Origin: a virus
Taxonomy: Duplodnaviria > Caudoviricetes
Length of the DNA stretch: 29,919 bases
Reading direction: 5' to 3' (one strand)
Virus record (IMG/VR): IMGVR_UViG_3300020044_009153
Span: 1 to 29,919 of that record
In this document: in pieces, positions 15,399 to 25,381 of the stretch
How positions within the stretch are numbered: position 1 is the stretch's first letter
How the letters are laid out: each line of letters begins with the position of its first letter
Position numbers and translations under genes: made by a program
The notes under the pieces: model-generated
Database searches by the model: none
What the model was told of the DNA's origin: nothing
What the model saw: only the letters and a program-made list of their open reading frames with translations

Positions 15399-17920
15399 CA
15401 GCGCACCCACGGGTATGAGAGGTTAGGGTCACCGTCCACGAGGCCTGCGCTGTCAGCCTGGAACGCATCCCAGCAGGCTTCAAAGTCGGGTACACTACCT
15501 GCGAATGGCGATGGAGCCATGATGATGATGTCTCCGGGGACGGCCGTGTCGAAAGTTGCATTAATGAAAGTGAGCGTGTTTGACGTCGTGCTTAGGAGAT
15601 TAGACGAAAGTCCATAACTCGTCCCGTACTCGTCACACAAAGTGCATTTGTATTCTTTTGGAATGGTCAGCACACGCTCTAGCGTCTGCTCGAATGCTTC
15701 AGCATCCGTAGCCGGAGAGCCGTTCATTGGACTCGTACTGGTGAAAGCGTTGTACTCCACCTCCACGGTCCCGCTGACAGGAATGCTGACGACCTTCGCA
15801 GACACGGACACCGTTGATACACGGTTTGCTGCAAACAGGTAGCCCGGAAGGAACAGCGTGTAGGAGCTCGTAGGAGTCTGCCACGAACGAATCGCTTTGA
15901 TTACGATGCCTGTCGCGTTGACGACGCCCATCGACCCTGCGCCGTTAGGAACAAACGCAGACGAGAAGGACACGAAGTCTCCGATGGCAAGCGTCTTCGT
16001 CGCGTTCCGAAGCGTGACCTCAATGATGGCCGCAGCCTGCGAGTAGCGCGTGACGATGTTCGTCCCGTTCAAGAAGGCGAACGACGCGATGAGGCCCGCC
16101 TGGTAATCGGCTCCCTGCTGCATCATCGACCCGATGGTCATCGTCTTTCCACCGCCGACAATGATGCGCTCCACATTCGCAATCGGGTTCGCGGTGATGT
16201 TCAGCGATTCCTTCGTGATGGTCGCAGGGTACTGCACAGTCACAGACGCGATGCTGTTCTGCCGGTCGTAATTGAGACTGACCTTCGGTTCCGCGAAGTC
16301 AGAGTCGTTTATCGTAACAGGCCACTGGGTCTCCATCGCCCATCGGCCGAAAGTCAGACGGCCGCGGTCGTAAACCATGAAGACGCCGAGATGCTTCAAG
16401 AAGTTCTCAAGAACCTCTCCGATGGTCTTTGGTCCGTCAGGCTTCACAGGAAGAACAACGATGTTCGGCAGCTCCACGGGAACAACCCAGTTCCAGCCGT
16501 TCATCGTCGGAATGTCAGACTGCATCTGCGTCTGGTCTAGCGCTGCGACGAGGGACCCAACATCGATGATGTCAAAGATGGCGGAGACTTCAAACGGAAT
16601 CCATGCAGCCATGCCCCATGCACGCATGCCAGACGCGCCGGAACCATCTACATCCACGGTTCCGAAGATGAGGTCTGCAATCAGCTGCGCAACATTCGCT
16701 GAACTGAACGCAATCTCTGCTTGAAACGCAGGGTCAATCTGAAGCGTGATTTCACTGTTACTATGGTCTCTACGCCGCCGACGGATGCGGTTCACATCGC
16801 CTTCAGTGAGGCCGATTGCAATAGAATCATCGTCGTTAGAACTGCTGTAGGGACGGTAGTAACCGTCATTGAACATCAGATTGAATCCTCTCACGCGCAG
16901 ACCCTGCAAGCCCGGGTCAACAGGCCGCGCAGAAATCGTCAGAGTTTGAGACGTCGCCTCAATGATGTTCGTCACTCCACCGAACTTCTCAGTCCGAATC
17001 TGCATCGTCCCGTATCGCGTGTGATAAGGGACCTGATTGAACTCCCAGATGGGACCCTGCATGTTCCGATTTGGACTCGTGTAAAACGACCCGTTCAGAT
17101 TCGCGGAAACTCCTTCTTCATCTGGATAGCGGTCGAACCCCGGAGTTCCGACAAAGTAGATGCCTGTCGGAGCGGGTGCCCACGGCGCGTTCTTGATGAT
17201 GCCCATCAGCGACATGCACTCAACACGAATCTGGTTGTCAGTGCCGGCAGAGGTCTGAATGCTTACGCGAGACACCAGTCCGCGGAAGACGACCTCTTCC
17301 GTCGTGTCGTCCGGTGCGTCGATGTAGTTCGTTGAAATCGTGACAGGCTGCTGCTCAATGCCGCCTGTCGGGTAATCTGTGCCCTGCCAGTATTCCGCGT
17401 ACAGAGTAGCACCGACCAGCTCATCTCCGATGCGCCTGATGGGGACAGGCTGCGGCGCTGACCCATGCCGCATGATGCAGCCCAAGGTGCCAGGAGCAGC
17501 GTTATCACTGACGATAACTTCGTAAGCGCAGCCGTTGATGCGGAAGCGGTCGCCTACGTTGATAAGTCCAGCGTCAGTGACAAGAATGGTCGGAGTAGGA
17601 CTAGGCGTGACATACGCGGTAGTCTGGACGCTGCCATTGTTCGAATCACGAATCGGAGCCGCCCCGCGCGCCATCAGAACTTCCAGCGTCTGCGTGTTTG
17701 CCAGAACACTGAAGGAGGTCGTCGGGTCCGAACCCAGCACACCGAACAGCGGAATCTCCGAAGAGAACTGCGTGGACAGTTCCGTCACCACTCCGACGAT
17801 GCCATCAGCAGAAGTGATGTAAGGCAGTGCCCGGCTGGTCAGCGTCAACGGAGCAGAAGCGTTCACAAACGACAGACCGACGCCTGCAATGCGGATGATG
17901 ATGACGCGGTCGGAGGCCAT
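15398..17920 (-). CDS. large minor tail protein (hub/Tal-like by position)
   Basis: TAATG coupling (start MASDRV); VVFRGLVSRV and LGVFMVYDRGRLTF segments resemble tail hub proteins; two genes after the TMP. Confidence 0.6.
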   Translation of the reverse strand: MASDRVIIIRIAGVGLSFVNASAPLTLTSRALPYITSADGIVGVVTELSTQFSSEIPLFGVLGSDPTTSFSVLANTQTLEVLMARGAAPIRDSNNGSVQTTAYVTPSPTPTILVTDAGLINVGDRFRINGCAYEVIVSDNAAPGTLGCIMRHGSAPQPVPIRRIGDELVGATLYAEYWQGTDYPTGGIEQQPVTISTNYIDAPDDTTEEVVFRGLVSRVSIQTSAGTDNQIRVECMSLMGIIKNAPWAPAPTGIYFVGTPGFDRYPDEEGVSANLNGSFYTSPNRNMQGPIWEFNQVPYHTRYGTMQIRTEKFGGVTNIIEATSQTLTISARPVDPGLQGLRVRGFNLMFNDGYYRPYSSSNDDDSIAIGLTEGDVNRIRRRRRDHSNSEITLQIDPAFQAEIAFSSANVAQLIADLIFGTVDVDGSGASGMRAWGMAAWIPFEVSAIFDIIDVGSLVAALDQTQMQSDIPTMNGWNWVVPVELPNIVVLPVKPDGPKTIGEVLENFLKHLGVFMVYDRGRLTFGRWAMETQWPVTINDSDFAEPKVSLNYDRQNSIASVTVQYPATITKESLNITANPIANVERIIVGGGKTMTIGSMMQQGADYQAGLIASFAFLNGTNIVTRYSQAAAIIEVTLRNATKTLAIGDFVSFSSAFVPNGAGSMGVVNATGIVIKAIRSWQTPTSSYTLFLPGYLFAANRVSTVSVSAKVVSIPVSGTVEVEYNAFTSTSPMNGSPATDAEAFEQTLERVLTIPKEYKCTLCDEYGTSYGLSSNLLSTTSNTLTFINATFDTAVPGDIIIMAPSPFAGSVPDFEACWDAFQADSAGLVDGDPNLSYPWVR

Positions 17921-18744
17921 TAGGTCGTTCCACGGAAGAAGAGGCCCGTCGTCGTCCACAGCCGCGGTTCGTCGTCCGCCTGGACAACATCCATCGCAGA
18001 GGCCTTCGTCACCACCTGCGGCATCTTCGCCTCGAGGTAGGTCGTGTTCGTGAAGCCTGCGGTCGTCGCCTCTTCCTCATAAATCCGAAAGAGAACGCCC
18101 GTTGCAGCTGCAGCCAGCATCTTCTCAAGGATGTTGTTAGGGTCGTTCACGTTCCGCTGCGCCTTCTGCGCGTAGATGGCCTGTGACGCGTACCAGTAGA
18201 AGGTGTTCGCAGCCGGGAAGAGCGTGGACTGGACCTGAATGTCTGCGACCTCGCCCCAGTTCACGACATCCGTAACCAGACCGCTCATCTCTGACGAGCT
18301 GGCTGCGGCGCGCTGCTTCGTTGTCCTGGTCACATCGCCAGACACGCCAGAAGGTGCCCACAGGCCACCAGCGTTATAAGGTGCAGAACCGAATTCCGTC
18401 CCGCCAGAGCCGGGGAACGTTACTGTCGTGGAGTCAAACCCGTACACTGCTGCATCTGCAAGCGAACTGAAAAAGAAAGTAATCGGACTTGCAGCGTCAT
18501 ACTCCCAAAACAGTGAAGCGCGGAACAGGTCTGGACCTGTAGTGTTATTCACGTTGTATCCGACCGTGATTAACGTTGCGCCTCCGTTGTCCAAGGCAGT
18601 CCAGATGACGCCTGCAAGCGTATCAAGAGGCGGAGTCGTGGTTCCGCTGTACCCATAGCCCCACGCCGTCACGCCGCCTTCTGTGCCAGTTGTCGTCGTG
18701 AACTGAGGAGCGTCCACCTGCCATGTGACTAACGGGAAGTTCAT
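17920..18744 (-). CDS. distal tail protein (Dit-like by position)
   Basis: Directly downstream of the tape measure; RBS GGAG. Confidence 0.55.
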   Translation of the reverse strand: MNFPLVTWQVDAPQFTTTTGTEGGVTAWGYGYSGTTTPPLDTLAGVIWTALDNGGATLITVGYNVNNTTGPDLFRASLFWEYDAASPITFFFSSLADAAVYGFDSTTVTFPGSGGTEFGSAPYNAGGLWAPSGVSGDVTRTTKQRAAASSSEMSGLVTDVVNWGEVADIQVQSTLFPAANTFYWYASQAIYAQKAQRNVNDPNNILEKMLAAAATGVLFRIYEEEATTAGFTNTTYLEAKMPQVVTKASAMDVVQADDEPRLWTTTGLFFRGTT

Positions 18745-18745
18745 C

Positions 18746-20578
18746 TTATGCTCCAACTGGAACGAGGCCGCGCCTCTGTGCCGCCTGCTGCATCATCGCA
18801 AACTGCCGCGCGATGCTTTCGCCGTCTGCGAACGCTGCGTCAACACGTAGATTGAAGGCCGTGTTAACGGGAGCCGCCTGTGCCGGAGTTGCAGATGCTG
18901 GCGTCGCAGACATGGCCTTCTTCGAACTCGAGCCTAGAGCTGCCGCCGCTACGTATGCTGCAACGCCTGCGGCCGCCATCGGAATCGACATCGGATTTCC
19001 TTCCGCAAGAAAGACTGCCGCCTTCACCATCGCCTGGTCGCCTAGCGCGCTAATCTGACCTCCGATGGCCTTGCGAGCGAGAGCCTCCGCAACCACCGAC
19101 GCCTTCTTCCCTTCCGCCAGCTGCTGGCCTGCAAGCTTTCCGTACTCCTGGAAGCCGGCTGTCATTGAGCTCACCTTCTCATCATGCGCGGCCTTCTCCT
19201 TCTCGCGCTCACCAGCTGCGAACTGTGCAGCTGTCTGCTGCATGTTGAAGGTCAGGTCTCCCAGCTCAATGGCGCGCTGCCGGGCCGCGTCGAACTCCGC
19301 TTTGTCCGCAATCGTCTTCTCGAGCTGCGCTTCGTAATAGAGCTGAATTTGCTCGTCTGTCGCGTTACCGAACATCGCGATGCGTTCTTTGTTCGCTCGC
19401 GCCGTCTCTTGAAGCGCCTTCTCTTCACCGATGCGCTGCTCCTCCAGCCAGCGCTCCTGGTCTAGCCGGCGCGCCTCGTAAGGGTCCATCGCTTTTTCAA
19501 CTACAACAGGTGCGCCATCTCCAGCAGGAGCTCCACCAGTGCGAACGCTGTTGACCTGCGTTGATGTCTCCTTTGCCGTCTGTCCAACAGCGAAAAGCAA
19601 CATCTGCAGAGCCTGGTAGTCTGCGCCTGCATCTGCAAGAAGCTGGTTTGTCTCGGCCGACCAGCCTACACGCGCCTCACGCGCAGAGTTTATCGTCGCA
19701 AGCGTTAGGCCGGCATACACAGAGTTGAAAACATTCTGGAACTCGTCACTGCCGGGAACAAACCCTGATGAGACCGCAGTCTCTCTCGCACGAAAGAGAT
19801 TATCTTGTTTCTTCTTGAGAACCTCTAGACCAATCTCCTGCTCTTCACGGGCCAGTTCCGCTGCCTTTGCACTGTCAGCCAGTGAGTTCGTAATCGCCAT
19901 CTGCTCACGAATGCGAGCTCTTGCGAGGTCATCAGTCGCGCCGGTCAGACCCATCACATTGAGTTTGTTCTTCGCAATCGCTTCTGCGACATTGTCGTAA
20001 CTAATCTTCACCGTGTCTTGAACTTCAGCGAACTTGAGCAGTTCTTTAGCGTGCTTCTCCGCAGCCGTTGCGCCCTGGTCTCCGAGCTCCGCAATCATCC
20101 GGATGAACTTCGATACCTGCTCAATCGGCCACAGGATTAGGTTCAGAGCGTCAGTCAAGAAGTTTATGACTGTCAGAAGCGTCTGCGTTGCTTCCTCGAG
20201 GTTGTCCGTTCCCATGACGGCCGTGAAGAGCTGGCTGCTCAGCTTATTCAGCGCCATGTCGATGTCAGCCATCGCCTTCGCGCCAGCCTCACCCTGCGTG
20301 GAGTAGAAGGCGCTCATGGAGCTCGAGAAGGCTCCAAGCGCAGTCTGCGCCGCAGTGAAGCCTGCAGTCACACCAGCGATGGCTTTGATGGCGGTGCCAC
20401 CACCAATGCGATTGACCAGCGCTCCGGCCGCTTTGTCAGCTTCGCCTGCGACGTCTTTGAGCTGCTTCGATAGCGCCTTTCCTGCGCCATCCAGTCCAAC
20501 CATCTCGTCCTTCGCGGCTTTGATAGACTTGACGAGACTGTCGGAGTTGCCCTCAAGAATCGCTACTGCTTTAGGCAT
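18746..20578 (-). CDS. tail tape measure protein
   Basis: 610 aa, Ala-rich and helical; follows the frameshifted chaperone pair. Confidence 0.85.
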   Translation of the reverse strand: MPKAVAILEGNSDSLVKSIKAAKDEMVGLDGAGKALSKQLKDVAGEADKAAGALVNRIGGGTAIKAIAGVTAGFTAAQTALGAFSSSMSAFYSTQGEAGAKAMADIDMALNKLSSQLFTAVMGTDNLEEATQTLLTVINFLTDALNLILWPIEQVSKFIRMIAELGDQGATAAEKHAKELLKFAEVQDTVKISYDNVAEAIAKNKLNVMGLTGATDDLARARIREQMAITNSLADSAKAAELAREEQEIGLEVLKKKQDNLFRARETAVSSGFVPGSDEFQNVFNSVYAGLTLATINSAREARVGWSAETNQLLADAGADYQALQMLLFAVGQTAKETSTQVNSVRTGGAPAGDGAPVVVEKAMDPYEARRLDQERWLEEQRIGEEKALQETARANKERIAMFGNATDEQIQLYYEAQLEKTIADKAEFDAARQRAIELGDLTFNMQQTAAQFAAGEREKEKAAHDEKVSSMTAGFQEYGKLAGQQLAEGKKASVVAEALARKAIGGQISALGDQAMVKAAVFLAEGNPMSIPMAAAGVAAYVAAAALGSSSKKAMSATPASATPAQAAPVNTAFNLRVDAAFADGESIARQFAMMQQAAQRRGLVPVGA

Positions 20579-20581
20579 CGG

Positions 20582-20974
20582 TTACCCCTTCATCCGCGAA
20601 GCCAGTTCTGCCATCTTTGCAGCTGCCTTCGCTTTGCGGTCGTCGTAATTCTTCTGACCCTCTTCGACCTCATGCTGCACGAACTCTGCCAGCTCGAGCT
20701 GCGCATGCGTAACCTGCTCCAGCGTAATGACTGGAGCGCCACGCGCAATCCACTTCGATACCTTCAGTGCGTTCCAGAAGCCCGCAGGTTCCATCGTAAG
20801 CACAGGGCAGGTCACAGGCAGTGCATCCTTCTCTTCGAAGCCTAGACCCTGTCTGTAACCCATCGTGCAGCCTCTCCTGTGGCGAACCTCGTCAGGACAC
20901 TCCCAGCACCTGTTCCGATGTGACGTTATCAGCCGGGCGAAGTCTCGCCATTCGACCCGGCTGAAGTTTTTGGG
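20582..20974 (-). CDS. tail assembly chaperone, -1 frameshift extension (gpGT-like)
   Basis: Lies in the -1 frame relative to 20929..21306; entered via C CCA AAA; ends just before the TMP start. Confidence 0.7.
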   Translation of the reverse strand, partial: PKNFSRVEWRDFARLITSHRNRCWECPDEVRHRRGCTMGYRQGLGFEEKDALPVTCPVLTMEPAGFWNALKVSKWIARGAPVITLEQVTHAQLELAEFVQHEVEEGQKNYDDRKAKAAAKMAELASRMKG

Positions 20975-21306
20975 TAACCCACCGTCGCGACCGCAGCAGC
21001 GATACCAGAAACATCCGTCCACGGAATACGACCAATCCACGCGGACCGCTCCTTCTCGGAACCTACCTTCGGAAAGGCCGGCTCAAAGTTCTCACTGTCT
21101 AGGACGCACGCAGTCAGAAGGTTGATGTGGGTCTGGATGATGCGCTCCAGCGCTTCGAAGTCTGTCTTCATCGCCTCCCGATGTTTGTCCACAGCTGCGA
21201 AGTATCGCACTCCTTCCATGGCATTCGGTTCACGGACCAGAAGACGCGCTTCCACGCCTTTGACGGTTACTGTAATCCACTCACTCTCAACGAACTGAAC
21301 TGACAT
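20929..21306 (-). CDS. tail assembly chaperone (gpG-like)
   Basis: 125 aa between tail tube and TMP; RBS GGAGG. Confidence 0.75.
   Translation of the reverse strand: MSVQFVESEWITVTVKGVEARLLVREPNAMEGVRYFAAVDKHREAMKTDFEALERIIQTHINLLTACVLDSENFEPAFPKVGSEKERSAWIGRIPWTDVSGIAAAVATVGYPKTSAGSNGETSPG
20968..20974 (-). other. programmed -1 ribosomal frameshift slippery site C CCA AAA
   Basis: Minus-strand TAC CCA AAA ACT; -1 slip gives CCC AAA AAC (PKNFSRVEW...); fits X XXY YYZ at the canonical position. Confidence 0.75.
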
Positions 21307-21345
21307 GAAGGCCCTCCGAAGTTTGGGCTGTTAGGGGAATGGTTC

Positions 21346-22413
21346 TTAGGCAGTCGTCATCGTGAAGACGAGCGGCGATGTGCTGTCTGACGGAATGGCC
21401 TGCCACTTGGACGTGTTGGTCCGGTATCCGTTCGTCTCGCCACCCTGCGTCGGGAAGGCCACGTACTGCGGCTTGTCCAGAACGATGGTCCATGCGGAGG
21501 AACCAACCGTCATCGTAAGCGTCAGGCTGGTTCCGATGATGTTCTCTTCTGCGTCTGTCCAACCAGGCTGAACATCGACAGGAGGCGTAGCGCCATCCGT
21601 CTCCGGAAGTTCGTTGATGTCCAGCTCAATACTGGGAGACGCATCCTGCCGGAAGAAGCTGATGCCGAAACCATACGCCTTCCGGAAGTCGCCAACATCG
21701 TTGAGCGTCCACCCGGTGTCGATGGTGACCTTAGACACAGCGTCGATACCGACAGTCAGGCCAGAGAAGGCGACGGCGCAGTTCACGCCGATGATGGGCG
21801 GCTGGGTCGCGGGAGCAACATAGGTGGGCTGGACATTCGAGCTGTTGATGACAGGACGCCATGAACCTTTGATGGTCCAGTCAATCATCACGCGCTGGCC
21901 GTACTCCCATGAGAACTTCGGAAGAGCAACGCAGTCAAAGGCCTCCCAGCGCTTTCCGTTCTCTTCCTCATACACCATGCTGAACGGCTGGACCGCGTAA
22001 TCAACAGGAGAAGCACCAGCGCGAGTAGTCTTAGGTTCGAAGAACGGCTGGACAGCCAGCCGCGTGCGCGACGGAGTTCCAACATTCGAGATTGCCCACG
22101 GCGACGACAGCCACAGCGCTGCGAGCTGCGTTTGCGTGGACAGGTCAATATCGTACGCAAGTCCGAACTGCCAGAAGAACTCCGTCTGGAACGTAATGTC
22201 CCAGCCGAGGCCACCCGTCCGGCTCGAGCTGTTACCGCCCCAGGGTGTGTAGATTTCCTTCCGGTCGATGATGCCAGCGCCACGGACCGCCCACGTCGGA
22301 GTGCCGACAACGCGAATCGCAGTACCCGTCGCAGCTGCATCGACGAAGGTACCTAGAGTGCCCTGCGTCTGAATCCAGACCGCTGATTGATTAGACGCAA
22401 TGAGAGTTGCCAT
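21346..22413 (-). CDS. major tail (tube) protein
   Basis: 355 aa, beta-rich, T-rich; between neck genes and chaperones. Confidence 0.7.
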   Translation of the reverse strand: MATLIASNQSAVWIQTQGTLGTFVDAAATGTAIRVVGTPTWAVRGAGIIDRKEIYTPWGGNSSSRTGGLGWDITFQTEFFWQFGLAYDIDLSTQTQLAALWLSSPWAISNVGTPSRTRLAVQPFFEPKTTRAGASPVDYAVQPFSMVYEEENGKRWEAFDCVALPKFSWEYGQRVMIDWTIKGSWRPVINSSNVQPTYVAPATQPPIIGVNCAVAFSGLTVGIDAVSKVTIDTGWTLNDVGDFRKAYGFGISFFRQDASPSIELDINELPETDGATPPVDVQPGWTDAEENIIGTSLTLTMTVGSSAWTIVLDKPQYVAFPTQGGETNGYRTNTSKWQAIPSDSTSPLVFTMTTA

Positions 22414-22416
22414 GGT

Positions 22417-23052
22417 TTATCCTGCAAGAGAGCGACGCTGGTACACCTGAATGGATGCCCTGACCGTCTGTTGAATGAGAGATTGTCCCGTGTCGTCCAT
22501 GCCGACGACGAAGTCCTGCGGCGCGACTCCCGTATAGGGCGACGCGTTGTAGATGCCTGTCCCCTGCCAGCCCGGTGTCGTGCCGTTGCGCGCGTCCAGG
22601 TTGATGAACCCGTACGTCGAAGAACACAGAATCATCACGATGCCTTCCACGTATGCACGCAGGGCAGTCTCATACACCTGTGCCGTGAACTCTATGGCAG
22701 GGTCAGGCGCTGTCGCAGACACCAGAGGCCGAGCGACGCCGCCACCGTCGTAATAGCCCCAATCTGAGCAGACAGTAATCTGCAGCTCATGCAGCTGGTC
22801 CATCGCTCCAAGCGCGTCAGTGATGTTCGCGCTCGAGGACGACACAGACAGACCAATGGCCGGCTGCGACTCCGCCGTGAACAGCGTCCGCAGAGACGTG
22901 AACACATTCGCAGACACAGGTGCCGGCAGGTTCGGTGCGCCCATCGCCTTCTGCCACGCAGCAGTGCAGACCGTGGACCAGTTCGCCAGCACCAAAGCCT
23001 TCGCCTGGTCTGCCACAATCTGAGGCCCGTAAGCTGTGCTGGGAATCGTCAT
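22417..23052 (-). CDS. putative tail terminator/completion protein
   Basis: Position directly before the tail tube; ATGA coupling. Confidence 0.55.
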   Translation of the reverse strand: MTIPSTAYGPQIVADQAKALVLANWSTVCTAAWQKAMGAPNLPAPVSANVFTSLRTLFTAESQPAIGLSVSSSSANITDALGAMDQLHELQITVCSDWGYYDGGGVARPLVSATAPDPAIEFTAQVYETALRAYVEGIVMILCSSTYGFINLDARNGTTPGWQGTGIYNASPYTGVAPQDFVVGMDDTGQSLIQQTVRASIQVYQRRSLAG

Positions 23053-23729
23053 GGCAGGCCAATCCTTCCGCCGTTCATTTTGAAGTTCGCTGCATAGGTA
23101 GCATCAGTGATGCCGACTTTGCCACCCATGTTTGATGCAGCCACTCCAAGTCGATTGCGAAGCTTCTCGATAAACGGGTCACCGAAGAGAGTCAACGGAC
23201 GACGAGGAGTCAGCACCGTCACTGACTTCGTCTTCTTCTTGCCCCATGTTCGCGTCCAGCCGCCGATGCCCTGGTCATGGTTCCACGCGTATGGCAGGTT
23301 CGTACCCATCTCCACGCGGTTAGAACTCTTATCGACCGAATAGACGTAGTTCGCATCCGACTGCACCGTCATCGCCGGAAACAGACGCTCCTTCACTTTG
23401 CCGCCGCCACCCGGAGAGCGCGACTGTGGAGTCGTCGTGTAGCGAAGGACTGAACCCTTCGTCATCTTCACGCCTCCAAGCACCCACGTCTTCACAGGCA
23501 CGTAGTACTTCCTCTCCAGCTTATTGTAATCGGCCCAGCGACGGCCCGTCGATGCACCTTGAGACAGGAACATATCGATGCGCGACTCCGCCCAATCGTT
23601 CGACACGCCGCGCGCGTCCGTCTTCTGTCCCCAGAAGGGCGACCAGTCGCCTGCGTTGCGCATTGCCACCTCGAGCATGCGGACGCCTTGACCTGCGTTG
23701 TTCATCATCGTGATGCGCCAGACGCTCAT
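23049..23729 (-). CDS. virion morphogenesis / neck protein (Mu gpG / P2 gpS-like)
   Basis: F..QG....G.RW, MGTNLPYAWNHDQG and PRRP motifs; basic protein. Confidence 0.7.
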   Translation of the reverse strand: MSVWRITMMNNAGQGVRMLEVAMRNAGDWSPFWGQKTDARGVSNDWAESRIDMFLSQGASTGRRWADYNKLERKYYVPVKTWVLGGVKMTKGSVLRYTTTPQSRSPGGGGKVKERLFPAMTVQSDANYVYSVDKSSNRVEMGTNLPYAWNHDQGIGGWTRTWGKKKTKSVTVLTPRRPLTLFGDPFIEKLRNRLGVAASNMGGKVGITDATYAANFKMNGGRIGLP

Positions 23730-24214
23730 TACATTTTATCTACTGCAGCATTCACGGACAGACGAGAACCGCTGTTGAGCTGGTTGTTCGTCAGCGTCTG
23801 CTGGTAGTTCGCATTCGAACGAAGGATGTTAGGACTGAACAGACCGTTAGGGCGCGTCTTCGCCATGTCCTGAACGTGAACCCGCAGACGGTCCCAGACC
23901 TGCTTCGCTTCGTCGTCCAGGCGGTCTGCCATCGTGTCGCTGTTCTGCTGCCGGCTGCGAAGCACCTGCGCGGAGAAACGAAGCAGGATGTACTTCTGGC
24001 AGTTCCGGTACATCGTCGCGCCAGAGTCTGCTGCAAGCGTCGTGATGCTAACGCCCATGCCGATGAGGAATCCGCAGAGGTCAGCTGCATGGTCTTCAAT
24101 GATGGACACGGCCTGCGTGTCAGTCGGCTGCGTCGTCGCGCTGAACGCAATTCGCGGCAGGTAACGGCCGATGTCCGCAGGAACCACACCAAAGGTTGAG
24201 TATTCGTTTGGCAT
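23729..24214 (-). CDS. head-tail adaptor/connector (Mu gp36-like by position)
   Basis: 161 aa helical gene right after the major capsid gene; RBS AGAGG. Confidence 0.6.
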   Translation of the reverse strand: MPNEYSTFGVVPADIGRYLPRIAFSATTQPTDTQAVSIIEDHAADLCGFLIGMGVSITTLAADSGATMYRNCQKYILLRFSAQVLRSRQQNSDTMADRLDDEAKQVWDRLRVHVQDMAKTRPNGLFSPNILRSNANYQQTLTNNQLNSGSRLSVNAAVDKM

Positions 24215-24226
24215 CTTGAACCTCTT

Positions 24227-24279
24227 TGCTGTGAAGAGACTGCAACCGGAGGGGTCAGAGCTGCAGCCTCATCACAGCA
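24227..24279 (-). terminator. long hairpin downstream of major capsid gene
   Basis: Minus strand TGCTGTGA-T-GAG-GCTGCAGC ... GTTGCAGT-CTC-T-TCACAGCA (~19 bp with G-U pairs). Confidence 0.5.
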
Positions 24280-24310
24280 CCCGGCCGGAGCCGGAGCTGT
24301 CGCTTGGCGA

Positions 24311-25354
24311 TTAGGCCAGCTCGAGAAGACCAGCGAACTTGTTCTCCGGGTCTGCAGCAGTCGCGCCGACAACCGTGACGCCGAGGTCGCACTCAATGTG
24401 AATGCCCTGACCCTGCGGGTTGTACACCGGGTACGTGTGGACGGTGCCAGTGGCCTCAGACGGGTTCGGAGTCATCGTCTGCAGGAAGCCCGACGAACCG
24501 TAGGACTCTGCCACCTTGAAGATGGAGATGAGGTCGCTGCCGGGATTGAGGCCGCCGTTGCTACCGATGATACCCGGAATCGCAGGCTGAGTCACGCCAC
24601 TAAGCTGGTTGGTGACGTAGTGCGGGAAGACGACGAGCTCCACGGGAATGATGAGCTTCGACGCGAACCACGCCTTCAGCTGCGACATGTCCGTGACGCC
24701 AGTGCGAGCGAAGTCGGTGCCGTCAGAAGCCAGCGCGTAGCCAGACTGCGCAACCTGCGTGAGCTTCAGAAGCTTGTTCGCAACTTCCATGTTGCAGCAC
24801 GCGACGAAGCGACCGCTCGAGAGGTCAGCGCCACCAGCCATGATGTCGATGATGAGCTGGTTCAGAGCGCCCTGAAGGTCCGCAGTCGGAGTCGAAGTGA
24901 CCGTGACAGCATCCGTGTACGCGTAGTTCGTCGAGCTCGCGATGGCCTGACCGACGAGAGCCGTCATGAGCTGCGTGCCCTGCGCCAGAAGCTTCTGCGT
25001 GTAGGTCGCGAGGATGTCCGACCCGCGCGCCTCGAACTCAGCAATCTGCTTCGTGCTGAAGTTCATCTGGCCGAAGCGGTAGATGCCAGCCTGGTACGTG
25101 CCGCTGCTGATGCGGAGACCGCCCGGCGAGGCAGGCGAATCGTATCCGACCGGAGACGCCGCGTTGCCGGAAGGACCGACGTTGAGCTGGTCGTTGTCCA
25201 GGAAGAAATGGTAGAAGCCCTGACGCGTATCGACCTTGATGATGGGCGAGACGAGAGCAGCTTCACGGCCCGTCGCGCCGAAGCGCGGAAGCGAAATCTG
25301 CTGGAGGACTGAAGGGCGAAGCGCCCCTGTATTTACGCCAATGGGAAGAGACAT
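24311..25354 (-). CDS. major capsid protein
   Basis: 347 aa; follows protease/scaffold and decoration genes; SPIIKV....GFYHFF N-terminal pattern; RBS GAGG. Confidence 0.8.
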   Translation of the reverse strand: MSLPIGVNTGALRPSVLQQISLPRFGATGREAALVSPIIKVDTRQGFYHFFLDNDQLNVGPSGNAASPVGYDSPASPGGLRISSGTYQAGIYRFGQMNFSTKQIAEFEARGSDILATYTQKLLAQGTQLMTALVGQAIASSTNYAYTDAVTVTSTPTADLQGALNQLIIDIMAGGADLSSGRFVACCNMEVANKLLKLTQVAQSGYALASDGTDFARTGVTDMSQLKAWFASKLIIPVELVVFPHYVTNQLSGVTQPAIPGIIGSNGGLNPGSDLISIFKVAESYGSSGFLQTMTPNPSEATGTVHTYPVYNPQGQGIHIECDLGVTVVGATAADPENKFAGLLELA

Positions 25355-25381
25355 GATTTACCTCGTAATCGTGAGTGGTTA

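Noticed and set aside
13525-17920. Diversity-generating retroelement target in tail genes
   Set aside because: No reverse transcriptase and no TR/VR repeat pair seen in the window.
23791-24396. Frameshift extension of the major capsid protein via an overlapping 201-aa ORF
   Set aside because: No slippery heptamer near the capsid stop; the ORF overlaps the adaptor gene out of frame and has shadow-ORF composition.
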